The notes: a model not told the origin generated them from the letters alone. Counted from the first letter of the stretch, positions 10,119 through 19,914 are shown. The stretch: DNA of 64,000 nt from Roseovarius sp. (GCA_048267045.1 JBLWYG010000002.1:2977-66976); one strand, 5' to 3'. Translations and numbers: made by a program.

Positions 10119-10167
10119 CTGACGCGCACCTGAAGCGGAACACAGCCGCGCTTCAGGTGACAGTCAG
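10119..10167. promoter_or_regulatory. Head-to-head pair of 11-bp-period CTGAC-N6-CTGAA boxes (probable site for the adjacent OmpR-type regulator)
   Basis: CTGAC(10119)-GCGCAC-CTGAA, 17-nt gap, TTCAG-GTGACA-GTCAG; same geometry recurs at 11211-11259. Confidence 0.7.
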
Positions 10168-10217
10168 CATCATGCGCGACAAGGGCACATCCCCGCCAAG
10201 ACAGAGGAGATGGGAAA

Positions 10218-10793
10218 ATGAAACACTATCTGATGACGGCAACTTTTCTAGCCGCGCTCACCGGCGCCAGTGCTGCCTTTGCCAGCGATGACTGCCACGC
10301 ACCGAAAGCCGACTGGCAATCGCAGGACGCGGTCGCGGCGATGGCGGCAAAACAGGGTTGGAGCGACTCAAGGATCGAGACCGATGACGGCTGCTACGAG
10401 ATCGACGCTCGCGATGCGCAAGGTCGCCAGGTCGAGGCAAAGGTTCACCCCGCGACGCTGGAGATCATCAAGCTGAAATACGGCGATGGCGACTGCCGTG
10501 TGCCTATGGAAGACTGGCAGCCTCGCGAGGCCGTACAGAAAATGGCCGAAGCCGAAGGCTGGACCGTGCGCCGCATCAAGACCGACGACGGTTGTTACGA
10601 GATCAAGGGCCGCGATGCCAAAGGTCGCGAGATCGAAGTCAAGGTCGATCCGGCCACGCTGGAAATGGTCGAGTTCGAATATGATGAGGACGATCAAGCC
10701 AACCGGACCGACATGGCCCCGGCTCTGGCGCCAAGCAAGGCCGCGCCGGCCAACGGGCTGTTCACCCCCGGCACGACACCCGTCGTCGAATGA
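10218..10793 (+). CDS. Secreted protein with two tandem PepSY domains
   Basis: Signal peptide; two repeats C..P..DWQ..AV..MA...GW....I.TDDGCYEI..RDA.GR..E.KV.PATLE. Confidence 0.88.
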   Translation: MKHYLMTATFLAALTGASAAFASDDCHAPKADWQSQDAVAAMAAKQGWSDSRIETDDGCYEIDARDAQGRQVEAKVHPATLEIIKLKYGDGDCRVPMEDWQPREAVQKMAEAEGWTVRRIKTDDGCYEIKGRDAKGREIEVKVDPATLEMVEFEYDEDDQANRTDMAPALAPSKAAPANGLFTPGTTPVVE

Positions 10794-11210
10794 TACCCGG
10801 CTGGAGCGTGAAGGACGTGTCTGAACGGCCGCACGCAAAAAGAACCAAGTGCGGGAAAGACTGCCCCACGCAGCGGCGCGTCATCAACTGGCGCGCCGCG
10901 ATGGCATGCAAAACGCGGCCCGGCCAGCCACCAAAGGCTGCAATCGGCGCCGGTGCCCGGCGCTCGTCCGCAAGACTGCGAAGCGCCTGACATCCGCAAG
11001 ATCACGCAGGCTTTTGCGGGAACGTCCGTGTTTACGGACCATGATACGGATAGCTGCCGATCCCGGCGCGCGCCCCGTCACTGACCCGGCGCATGACCTG
11101 CATCGCCGCGGCATCGGGGCGATCACATCTCGCGCCTTTGTGAGCGTTTCAACGCTGGCCAGACGGGCCGGATCAAACCGCCCCGTCACTGTTTGCAAGC
11201 CCCGATGAAC

Positions 11211-11259
11211 CTGACGCCAGGCTGAAGCAGTTTTCCCTAACCCGTCAGGCAGGCATCAG
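11211..11259. promoter_or_regulatory. Second CTGAC-N6-CTGAA box pair, upstream of the DUF2271 operon
   Basis: CTGAC-GCCAGG-CTGAA, 17-nt gap, GTCAG-GCAGGC-ATCAG; spacing identical to 10119-10167. Confidence 0.68.
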
Positions 11260-11306
11260 CGGCACCCGCGAAACAGGTCACGAAACACTCAACCTGGAGA
11301 ATCGCC

Positions 11307-11771
11307 ATGAAGACCCTGCTTTCGGCACTTGCCTTGACCACCGCCCTGACCGCGCCCGCGCTGGCCCGGCCCGTGACCCTGACCACCAACATGACGCAGT
11401 ATGGCGGCGACGGCGCCTACCTCGCGATCTACGTCACCGACGCACAGGGCACCTATATGGGCAGTCTGTGGATGGCCGGCGGGAAATCCAAGTATTACCA
11501 GCACCTCAGCGACTGGTATCGCGCCACCGGCGGCAATCCGGCACAGATCGACGGCATCACCGGCGCCAGCGTCGGCGCGGGTCGGCAATTGAAAATCACC
11601 CTCGATCTGGCCGATGCCTTGTTCGATGCCGGCTACGTGCTGCACATCGACAGCGCGGTCGAGGAAATGCGCGACAGCCCGTCCGAAGTGGTGGTTCCTC
11701 TGACGAGTGCGGGCGCAGGCCAGCCGGTCGCAGGGCGCCGCTATATCCGCGATTTCACCTACGACATGTAA
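11307..11771 (+). CDS. DUF2271-type periplasmic protein with a flavinylation motif
   Basis: Signal peptide; YGGDGAYLAIY, LSDWYR, IDGITGASV (DxxTGAS, the ApbE target motif). Confidence 0.85.
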   Translation: MKTLLSALALTTALTAPALARPVTLTTNMTQYGGDGAYLAIYVTDAQGTYMGSLWMAGGKSKYYQHLSDWYRATGGNPAQIDGITGASVGAGRQLKITLDLADALFDAGYVLHIDSAVEEMRDSPSEVVVPLTSAGAGQPVAGRRYIRDFTYDM

Positions 11772-11789
11772 GCTGAAAGGAGCCACGCC

Positions 11790-13997
11790 ATGCTGCGCGC
11801 GCTGCATAAATTCCCCGGCCTGATTGCCGCGTTGCTGATCGCCGTCCTGACGCTAAGTGGCGCGGTGCTAAGCGTTTTTCCCACGCTGGAGGCGGTGCAA
11901 GCTCCAGCTCAGTCCGAAGCTGATCTTACAGTCGCCACGCTCGCAGATCGCATCGTCGACGCCTATCCCGGCGTCGAGCAGATCCGCCGTGCGCCGTCAG
12001 GGCAGATCACCGCCTTTTATTTTGCGGATGGCCGCCCGGGTTCGGTCATCATAGACCCGGCAACCGGGACCAGTGTGGCCGAGTACAAGCCGTCCGCATT
12101 CAAGCGCTGGATGACCAACCTGCACCGTTCGCTGTTTCTGGACGATGCCGGACGCTGGGCCGCAGCAGTGGGGGCGGCATCACTTCTGGCTCTGTCAATT
12201 TCAGGCCTGATGCTGACCGTGCGCCGCATTGGCGGCTGGCGACGTTTTTTCGCGCGCCTGCGCGGGCCGGCCGTGGCCCGACTGCATGTCGAGATTGCTC
12301 GGCTGAGCGTGGCCGGCCTGCTGTTGTCATCGTTGACCGCGCTCTACATGACTGCCAGCACCTTCGGCATGATCCCTGAAGGCAGCGCCCCGGATTTCCC
12401 CAAGGGCGTCAGCGGCCAGACCGGCGCGGCGCCTGCCGCAATGCCGCTGCTGCAAGCCACGCCGGCGGCGGCGCTGCGCGAGTTGACCTTTCCATACCCC
12501 GGCGATCCCACCGATGTCTTCACGCTCAAGACCGCTGGCGGTGCGGGCTACGTGGATCAGGGCAATGGCGCGACGCTGATCTGGACCGAGGCAGGGATTT
12601 GGCCCCGGCTGACCGAAACCATCTACATGTTGCACACCGGTCAAGGCATGGCCTGGCTGGGGCTTGTCCTTGGGCTGATGGCGCTTGGCGTGCCGGTCAT
12701 GGCCGCCAGTGGCGTCTTGCTCTGGCTGCAATCGCACCGGGCGCGGCCACGGATCAGGGGCAATGTGGCCGCCGCGCAGGCCGACACGATCCTGCTGGTG
12801 GGTAGCGAAGGCGGCAGCACCTGGGGCTTTGCCGCGACGCTGCACGCCGCGCTGAGCCGCGCGGACCACAAGGTTCACACCGCAACGATGTCACAGTTTG
12901 CGCCTCTGCGTTACAAGCGGGCCGAACGGGTGATCGTTCTCGCGGCCACTTACGGCGATGGCGTTGCCCCGGCCTCGGCCAAGGGGTTTCTGGAACGGCT
13001 GGCCGCCCTGCCGGAGCCTCCGGACATGCCTCTGGCGGTGCTGGGGTTCGGTGACAGGCAGTTCCCGAAATTCTGCGCCTATGCTGCCGATGCGGCCCGC
13101 CTGGCCGAAGAAAAAGGCTGGACGCCGCTGATGCCGATGGCAAATGTTGACCGCCAGTCGCCGCAGGAATTCGCCCGCTGGGGGCGTGAACTGGGCGCCG
13201 TACTGGGCCATCCGCTGGAGTTGTCGCACAGTCCCGCGATACCGCGCAGCCACAGGCTAACCCTGATCTGGCGGCGCGACTATGGCGCCGACATGCAGAG
13301 CCCGGCCGCGATCCTGCGCTTTGCCCTGCCCACGCCCGGGCTGATGGCCCGGCTGGCGGGGCGCGGTCTGGGGCGATTTGCCCCCGGCGAGCTGCTGGGC
13401 ATCCTGCCCGACGGATCTCCCGTGCCGCGGTTCTATTCCCTGGCTTCCGGGCGCGGCGACGGTTTTCTGGAAATCTGCGTCAGCCGCCATCCCGGCGGGC
13501 TTTGCTCGGGCCACTTACTGCGGCTGCGGCCCGGTGACCATGTAGAGGGCTTCATCCGCCGCAATAGCGGTTTCAAGCCGGCACGGGGAAGCAGGCCGGT
13601 CATTCTGATCGGCGCGGGCACCGGAATCGGCCCGCTCGCCGGCTTTGCGCGCAGCAATGCCGCACGCCGACCCATGCATCTCTATTTCGGGGCACGGCAT
13701 CCGGGCAGCGATCTGTTCTACGGACCCGAAATGCAGGACTGGCAGGCGGATGGACGCCTTGCCTCGGTCACCACGGCTTTTTCCCGGATGGGCACGCGCG
13801 CCCATGTGCAGGACGCGCTGCGCAATGACGGCGAACACATTGCCCGCCTGATCGCGGGCGGCGCGCAGGTGCTGGTCTGTGGCGGGCGCGACATGGCGGC
13901 GGGCGTTGCAGATGCGCTGGCTGACATTCTGGCGCCGCAGGGGCTGACACCTGCCTTGCTGACAGCTGAGGGACGTTATGCCGAAGACACCTATTGA
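11790..13997 (+). CDS. PepSY-TM (His/heme) + flavodoxin + FNR fusion, transmembrane oxidoreductase
   Basis: TM His motifs NLHRSL, RLHVEI, MLHTG; flavodoxin GSEGGSTWGFA, ATYGDG, GFGDRQFPKFC; FNR PRFYSLAS, GLCSG, IGAGTGIGP, LYFGAR, terminal EDTY. Confidence 0.9.
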   Translation: MLRALHKFPGLIAALLIAVLTLSGAVLSVFPTLEAVQAPAQSEADLTVATLADRIVDAYPGVEQIRRAPSGQITAFYFADGRPGSVIIDPATGTSVAEYKPSAFKRWMTNLHRSLFLDDAGRWAAAVGAASLLALSISGLMLTVRRIGGWRRFFARLRGPAVARLHVEIARLSVAGLLLSSLTALYMTASTFGMIPEGSAPDFPKGVSGQTGAAPAAMPLLQATPAAALRELTFPYPGDPTDVFTLKTAGGAGYVDQGNGATLIWTEAGIWPRLTETIYMLHTGQGMAWLGLVLGLMALGVPVMAASGVLLWLQSHRARPRIRGNVAAAQADTILLVGSEGGSTWGFAATLHAALSRADHKVHTATMSQFAPLRYKRAERVIVLAATYGDGVAPASAKGFLERLAALPEPPDMPLAVLGFGDRQFPKFCAYAADAARLAEEKGWTPLMPMANVDRQSPQEFARWGRELGAVLGHPLELSHSPAIPRSHRLTLIWRRDYGADMQSPAAILRFALPTPGLMARLAGRGLGRFAPGELLGILPDGSPVPRFYSLASGRGDGFLEICVSRHPGGLCSGHLLRLRPGDHVEGFIRRNSGFKPARGSRPVILIGAGTGIGPLAGFARSNAARRPMHLYFGARHPGSDLFYGPEMQDWQADGRLASVTTAFSRMGTRAHVQDALRNDGEHIARLIAGGAQVLVCGGRDMAAGVADALADILAPQGLTPALLTAEGRYAEDTY

Positions 13998-14970
13998 TCC
14001 TGTGCGCCACGCGCTGAATGGCCCCACAATGGGCACCCGCTGGTCGGCGACTTTTCAGGCGCCGTCGATAGCGGATGTGGCGGCGGTCGAGGCGGCACTG
14101 GCCGAGACGGTGGATCTGGTGGACCGCCAGATGTCGACATGGACGCCCGCCAGCGACCTGATGCGGATCAACGCGGCCCCCGCGGGGCAATGGCTAGCGG
14201 TGCCGGCGGAGATGAAGGAAGTTCTGGCGATGGGGCTGGAGATCGGGCAAATGTCGGACGGCGCATTTGACATCGGAATGGGCGATGTCGTTACAGCCTG
14301 GGGCTTTGGCCCGCGTCAAGTGGACACAGAAGCGATCCGCGCCGAATTGGGCAAGCCCCGAACCCCGGCGCATCACTGCCTGGAGTTGGACCCCGAAGCG
14401 CCAAGGCTTCGCAAACATGGCGCCATCGCATTGGATCTGTCGGGCATCGCCAAGGGCTATGCCGTGGACCGCATGCTGGCCGCGCTTCGCCGTTTCGGAA
14501 TCGAAAACGCGCTTGTCGGCCTCGACGGCGAGATGCGCGCGTGCGGCGTGCGCCCCGATGCAAACGCGTGGACTATTGCCATCGAACGGCCCGACCGCGA
14601 GGCCCGTGCGCCACATTCCATCATCGAACTGGCCGATTGCGCCGTGGCAACCTCGGGCGATTACCGGCACTGGATCGAGGTCGGCCACAGGCGACTGTCG
14701 CATACCATGGACCCTGTTCGCCGCTGTCCGCTGGCGGACTCGCCCGCCTCCGTGACTGTTCTGGCCCGGACCTGCATGCAGGCCGATGCGTGGGCAACCG
14801 CGCTGATGGTCAAAGGGGGCTTGGAGGGGGCGGCAATGGCCCGTAGGCTGAACATGAACGCTCTTTTTCTGCTGCGGGACCGGCAGCGTTCAAGCGAGAT
14901 ACGGACCGGGCCACTGTTCACCGCAGCACCCCGGATTCAAGATCAACCCACCGAGGGTTTGCAAGAATGA
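13978..14970 (+). CDS. apbE: FAD:protein FMN transferase ApbE
   Basis: TMGT, DLSGIAKGYAVD, VATSGDYR, SHTMDP, ADAWATALMV. Confidence 0.93.
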   Translation: MPKTPIDPVRHALNGPTMGTRWSATFQAPSIADVAAVEAALAETVDLVDRQMSTWTPASDLMRINAAPAGQWLAVPAEMKEVLAMGLEIGQMSDGAFDIGMGDVVTAWGFGPRQVDTEAIRAELGKPRTPAHHCLELDPEAPRLRKHGAIALDLSGIAKGYAVDRMLAALRRFGIENALVGLDGEMRACGVRPDANAWTIAIERPDREARAPHSIIELADCAVATSGDYRHWIEVGHRRLSHTMDPVRRCPLADSPASVTVLARTCMQADAWATALMVKGGLEGAAMARRLNMNALFLLRDRQRSSEIRTGPLFTAAPRIQDQPTEGLQE

Positions 14971-16817
14971 TGACGTCGAGTTTTCAGGATCGTTTGAATG
15001 TCGTTTTGGTGGCAATTGCGCTGGCCGGGCTTGCCTTGGGCCTGTCGTTGTGGGCTGCAGGACAGCCCGGATTGGCCGATATCGCGTGGGTCGCCGGTGT
15101 CGTCCCGGTACTGGCCGCGCTGGCAATCGAAATTGTCCGCAGTCTGGCGCGGGGCGATGTCGGGCTGGACATCGTCGCCGCCCTGTCGATGACCGCAGCG
15201 CTGATCTTTGGCGAAACGCTGGCGGCGGCGGTCGTCGCCCTGATGTATTCCGGCGGCACGTTCCTCGAAAGTTTTGCCGAGCGCCGCGCCCGCCGCGAGA
15301 TGAGCGATCTTTTGTCGCGCGTGCCGCGATCCGCAACGCGGCATGAAAACGGCGCATTGGTCGAGGTCGATCTGGACGACATCGCGCCGGGCGATCTGCT
15401 GTTGATCAGGCAGGGCGACATCGCCCCGGTAGACGGCACCGTGGAGAGCGATGGCGCAGTCCTGAACCAGTCCGCCCTGACCGGCGAGGCGATGCCGGCC
15501 CGCCTTTCGCGCGGCGCGGGCGTGATGAGCGGTTCGACCAATGCCGGCGATGCGTTTGATCTGTGCGCCACCCACCGGGCCGCCGACAGCACCTATGCCG
15601 GGATCGTCCGGCTGGTCGAGGCGGCACAGAAATCCAAGGCGCCGATGGTGCGGCTGGCCGACCGCTATTCTCTGGTTTTCCTCGTGGTGACGATAGTGAT
15701 CGCCACCGCCGCGTGGTGGTTCAGCGGCGATCCCATTCGCGCGGTCGCCGTGCTGGTCGTGGCCACGCCCTGCCCGTTGATCCTGGCCGTTCCGGTCGCG
15801 CTGGTGGCCGGCATGTCGCGCGCCGCGCATTACGGCGTGCTGATCAAGGGGGCCGGCCCGCTGGAGGCGATGGCACGGATCACGACGCTGATCCTGGACA
15901 AGACCGGCACGCTGACCGACGGGCGCCCAAAGATCGTGGCCATCGAGCCCCAATCGGATCTGACCGAAGACGAAATACTGCTCTTTGCCGCCGCGCTTGA
16001 TCAGGCGTCCAAACATCCCATCGCCCAGGCCATCGTGGCTTCCGCGCAGGAGCGGGACTTGAACCTTCCCGTTCCGGGCGATCCGGTCGAGACGCCGGGC
16101 GCGGGCATCACCGGGATGGTGGATGGCCACCGCGTCGCCGTGGGTGGCGCGGATTTTGTCATCCGGCAGGTCGGCTCTGGCCACATAGATCATCCCGCCA
16201 GGACCGAGGCCGAGGTGACGGTGGCCGTTGCCGTCGATGGCCGCCTGGTCGGCTACTTGGTCATGGCGGACATGCTGCGCAGCGGCACGGCCGGTTTTCT
16301 GGCCGGGCTGCGCCGGATTGGACTTGGACGCATCCTGCTGGCCACGGGCGACCGGCAGGCGGTTGCGGATGGCGTCACCGAAGGGCTGGATCTGGACCTT
16401 GTCCACGCGCAGATGACACCGGATCAAAAGGTGCAGCTGGTCCTGTCCGAGCGCGAGCGCGGCCCGGTGATGATGGTCGGCGACGGCGTGAACGACGCCC
16501 CGGCGCTGGCGGCTGCCGATGTGGGAGTGGCGATGGGCGCGCGCGGAACGGCGGCGCCCGCCGAGGCAGCGGATGTGGTCCTGCTGGTCGACCGGCTGGA
16601 CCGCCTGCTGCCGGGGCTGGAGGTAGCACGCGGCGCGCGGCGGATCGCGCTGGAAAGCGTGATCGCGGGTATCGGGCTATCCATCATCGGCATGATCGCC
16701 GCGGCCCTGGGGTATCTCAGCCCGGTTGAGGGCGCGCTCCTGCAAGAGGTGATCGACGTCGCGGTGATCCTGAACGCGCTGCGGGCGCTGCGGATCGTCC
16801 CGGCGGACGCAAATTGA
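14967..16817 (+). CDS. Heavy-metal P1B-type ATPase, P1B-5-like signature, no hemerythrin domain
   Basis: LTGEA, ATPCPLILAVP, DKTGTLT, SKHPIA, VGDGVNDAP, QEVID; ATGA overlap with apbE. Confidence 0.88.
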   Translation: MMTSSFQDRLNVVLVAIALAGLALGLSLWAAGQPGLADIAWVAGVVPVLAALAIEIVRSLARGDVGLDIVAALSMTAALIFGETLAAAVVALMYSGGTFLESFAERRARREMSDLLSRVPRSATRHENGALVEVDLDDIAPGDLLLIRQGDIAPVDGTVESDGAVLNQSALTGEAMPARLSRGAGVMSGSTNAGDAFDLCATHRAADSTYAGIVRLVEAAQKSKAPMVRLADRYSLVFLVVTIVIATAAWWFSGDPIRAVAVLVVATPCPLILAVPVALVAGMSRAAHYGVLIKGAGPLEAMARITTLILDKTGTLTDGRPKIVAIEPQSDLTEDEILLFAAALDQASKHPIAQAIVASAQERDLNLPVPGDPVETPGAGITGMVDGHRVAVGGADFVIRQVGSGHIDHPARTEAEVTVAVAVDGRLVGYLVMADMLRSGTAGFLAGLRRIGLGRILLATGDRQAVADGVTEGLDLDLVHAQMTPDQKVQLVLSERERGPVMMVGDGVNDAPALAAADVGVAMGARGTAAPAEAADVVLLVDRLDRLLPGLEVARGARRIALESVIAGIGLSIIGMIAAALGYLSPVEGALLQEVIDVAVILNALRALRIVPADAN

Positions 16818-17000
16818 AACCCTGCGCGCTCAGGCAGCCCCGAGCGATGGCCGCGCCCTGCCCCCTTACCGCAACGCAGACGCGGCTGCCTCCAGAGCCG
16901 GAACACCTGCGGGCCGCCGAATGTGGCCGCCCCCGACGGGACCTCACAAACACGCCATAGGAGACGCCAAGCGGTGGCGGGCACCTTGGAATGATGACGA

Positions 17001-17056
17001 AAGCATTTCGCCTTTAACCTGAGACATCAGACGGAGGCAAAACGCGCGCAACGCTG
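17001..17056 (+). mobile_element. Truncated half copy of the MITE at 44198-44315
   Basis: 51/56 nt identical to the reverse complement of 44258-44313. Confidence 0.85.
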
Positions 17057-17058
17057 TA

Positions 17059-17084
17059 CAGCGGGCGGCTGACCCCGCCCGCTG
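17059..17084. terminator. Stem-loop downstream of the acetamidase/formamidase gene
   Basis: Perfect 10-bp stem CAGCGGGCGG/CCGCCCGCTG, no strong U-tract. Confidence 0.55.
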
Positions 17085-17093
17085 CCGCCGGTG

Positions 17094-18416
17094 TCAAAGC
17101 CCGTATTGTTCGCGCGCGTAGTTGCCAAGACCCACGGCGTCCAACTTGCCCAGAGGAGCGAGGAACGTCACCTGTATCACGCCCGGCGCGCGTCCGATTT
17201 CAATCGCGCCATTCACCGTCGCCCGGTTGCGAATCTCGGCCACGGTCACGTCCAGCAGCCTGGCAGCCCGCGCCAGGCCGTTTTCGATGGCGTCATTGAG
17301 GTTTGCGGCTGTTCCGATGACGGAAATCGGCGCCAGGGGCTCAATGTCGGTCACGCCCCACCTGGCCGCCAGACGTTCGCCCTTGGCCTTTTCCTCGGCG
17401 CTGAATGGCTTGGCCATCGGCGGCAGATCCTCTACCAGCGGGAACAGCACCGGCCCATCCAGCGGATAATCCTTTACCACCTCGACCTGCAAGGTCACGC
17501 TGCCCGACACGTCCATCGTATGACCGGCAATCTCGCCATCGCCCTGCCCCGCGTGCATGTCGCCCATATAGACACCCGCGCCCTTCACCTTGACCGGGCA
17601 GACCAGAATGGCCCCGGCGCGCACCGCGTCGATATCCATGTGGCCGTCGGTCTTGTGCTCGGCCAGTTGCTCGGCAGTGATGCCGTAGTCATGCGGCGCC
17701 CCCACAAGGAACGCGCCGAAATCGCCCGCATTGTGGCTGTCAGGCATCGGCATCGACGGACAGGTCCCCAACTGTCCCATGAAGGGGCGCATGCGCACCA
17801 GCGTGCCCGGCATGTCCGAGGGCGCATAGTTCAGGATGGAATGCTGGCGGCTGGCGTCCGGCAGCGCCGAATAGTGGTCGGCCTGCATCGCAATCGTCTC
17901 GGCCGCCGCTTTGGACAGGGTCAGGCCGACGCTGTGGGTGTCGTCAAAGGTGACAGTATAGCCATGCACGATCTCGAACGGGGTCACAGCATTGCCGCAG
18001 GCATCACATTTCACGGACTGCCCGCCGACCCCCTCGATATGCGTCTCTGGCCAGACCGTGTCGCACACCGGGCAGCGCGCGGCGACGTAAGGATCGCCCA
18101 GACAGAACCCCTCGGGCGAGCTGTCATGGCCCGACGCCGTGGCGATGGAGGTCACGGTAATGTCGCGGATGCGTATGGCAACGCCGTCGCCCACCTCGGC
18201 CCCGTCGACATGGACCGGCTGCGTTACCTCATGCCCGCCGCGCAGGCGCGGCGTGATCATCGGCCCCCAGCATCCCGGCGCGGTATTGGCGATGATGGTG
18301 CCACCATCCTCGACCGGGCCCAGCATTGGGGCGTTCGGGTCCAGAACGCTGTTGGTGAATTCATCCACGACAACGCTGCGGCGCGCGCTATGATCTGTCT
18401 TGCTACCGTCCGCCAT
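17094..18416 (-). CDS. Acetamidase/formamidase (FmdA/AmdA) family protein with a Cys4 insertion
   Basis: [34 protein letters not shown]; CPVC...CDAC insert; GGAGG RBS before ATG 18416. Confidence 0.85.
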   Translation of the reverse strand: MADGSKTDHSARRSVVVDEFTNSVLDPNAPMLGPVEDGGTIIANTAPGCWGPMITPRLRGGHEVTQPVHVDGAEVGDGVAIRIRDITVTSIATASGHDSSPEGFCLGDPYVAARCPVCDTVWPETHIEGVGGQSVKCDACGNAVTPFEIVHGYTVTFDDTHSVGLTLSKAAAETIAMQADHYSALPDASRQHSILNYAPSDMPGTLVRMRPFMGQLGTCPSMPMPDSHNAGDFGAFLVGAPHDYGITAEQLAEHKTDGHMDIDAVRAGAILVCPVKVKGAGVYMGDMHAGQGDGEIAGHTMDVSGSVTLQVEVVKDYPLDGPVLFPLVEDLPPMAKPFSAEEKAKGERLAARWGVTDIEPLAPISVIGTAANLNDAIENGLARAARLLDVTVAEIRNRATVNGAIEIGRAPGVIQVTFLAPLGKLDAVGLGNYAREQYGL

Positions 18417-18540
18417 GATATCCTCCGCCATGTTGCTATTTCCTTATTCAAACTTAGTTTACAATTCCCGGCACGCAAGCCGCGTTTGTGATCGCAATCG
18501 CGACCAGCGGAAAGCACCTGGGCCAACGAAGGCAGATGAT

Positions 18541-19209
18541 ATGGAAATGAATACTGACTTTTCGCAGCGCATCGTCGTGCATTCGGCAGATCTTCCCTGG
18601 CAGCCATCGCCCTCGCCCGGGGTCGAGCGGCGCATGCTGGACCGGATCGGCGGCGAGGTCGCGCGCGCGACCAGCATCGTACGCTTTGCGCCCGGCCACA
18701 GCTTTGCGCCGCATACCCATGGCGGCGGCGAGGAATTCGTTGTGCTGGAGGGCGTCTTTCAGGACGAGCATGGCGATTACCCGGCGGGCACCTACGTGCG
18801 CAATCCGCCGACGTCCCGCCACACGCCCCGCTCGGACGAGGGCTGCACCATTTTCGTCAAGCTGTGGCAGTTCGACCCCGAGGATCGCGATCAGTTCCGC
18901 AAGGGTATGCAGGACGGGCTGGCATCAGCCAGCAATGGCGTGCAGCGCGCCGAGTTGCACCGGGACGCGCACGAGGTCGTCAGCTATTATCAGTTGGACC
19001 CCGGCGCGGCGCTGGACACAGGCGCGCCGGGCGGCATCGAGGTGCTGGTGCTGGACGGGTCGGTGACCGAACGGGGCGACGTTCTGCTCAAGGGATCGTG
19101 GCTGCGCCTGCCCGAAGAACAGCCTCTGGCGGCGGTCGCGGGCGCTGAAGGCGCGGCGCTCTGGATCAAGACCGGGCATCTTCGCCATGTCGCGGCGCCC
19201 GATGTTTGA
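18541..19209 (+). CDS. Tandem ChrR-like cupin protein
   Basis: [43 protein letters not shown]; second cupin [10 protein letters not shown]...WLRLP. Confidence 0.88.
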   Translation: MEMNTDFSQRIVVHSADLPWQPSPSPGVERRMLDRIGGEVARATSIVRFAPGHSFAPHTHGGGEEFVVLEGVFQDEHGDYPAGTYVRNPPTSRHTPRSDEGCTIFVKLWQFDPEDRDQFRKGMQDGLASASNGVQRAELHRDAHEVVSYYQLDPGAALDTGAPGGIEVLVLDGSVTERGDVLLKGSWLRLPEEQPLAAVAGAEGAALWIKTGHLRHVAAPDV

Positions 19210-19304
19210 AGGATTGCACGGCGCCCCGCTGCGCTGAAGATTACTACCTCGAAACGATGGCGACGAAAAATGCACCGCCGTGGCAAGCGGTGCAACCCCC
19301 GGCT

Positions 19305-19712
19305 CTACCGCGCCGGCGCCTGCCGTATATATTTCCACGCAACCGCAGAGATGCCCGCCCAGACCGCGATCCGCAGCGTCATTGCACCGACGGTGCGCAT
19401 CTCATACGCGCCGCCTTGTTGGATGTGCAGGCCAAAGGCCAACATCACCAGAAACGTCACCGCCAGTATCGCGAGCGAGATCCAGACCGCAGACCGCTCG
19501 CGCCGAAACAGACCGATACCGGCAAGCATATAGGCGAAGCCTGCCATAAAATTGAACCGCAGTACAAACGGTACGACGTCACCCATCGCCGCGCGCGCCT
19601 CGTCGCTGCCGAACAGCGCCCGACCGCCGGAGAGGACCGTAAGCGCCCCGAACACAATGGCCACACCTGCCGCGATCCGCAGTGCGCGACTGCCTGGGTT
19701 TGCCTTTGTCAT
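19305..19712 (-). CDS. Small multi-pass membrane protein of unknown function
   Basis: Four hydrophobic segments; FVLRFNFMAGFAY, YEMRTVGAM; GAGG RBS. Confidence 0.7.
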   Translation of the reverse strand: MTKANPGSRALRIAAGVAIVFGALTVLSGGRALFGSDEARAAMGDVVPFVLRFNFMAGFAYMLAGIGLFRRERSAVWISLAILAVTFLVMLAFGLHIQQGGAYEMRTVGAMTLRIAVWAGISAVAWKYIRQAPAR

Positions 19713-19914
19713 GTCATTTATCCTCGGCTGTCTCTCAGTCGTCCGCCGCGCAGGTTGAACGTGCTGGCGTTTTGTTCGGTGGCCAGATTGCGCACATGCT
19801 TGGTTTCGACGCCAGCGCGCTTACTGTCGCAGTACCGCTGCCCAGAACGGCCTGCGGGCGGATCGTCGTCCGGGTTACGCAACGATCGGCGGCAGCCTGC
19901 CTTCCGACAGCCGT

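Noticed and set aside
10794-11210. Coding sequence or ncRNA in the 417-bp gap after the PepSY gene
   Set aside because: Candidate ORFs lack RBS and motifs; I recognised no RNA family
11790-13997. Nitric oxide synthase or sulfite reductase flavoprotein
   Set aside because: Only the flavodoxin/FNR half is shared; there is no heme-thiolate oxygenase domain and no cysI partner, and the N-terminus is PepSY-TM
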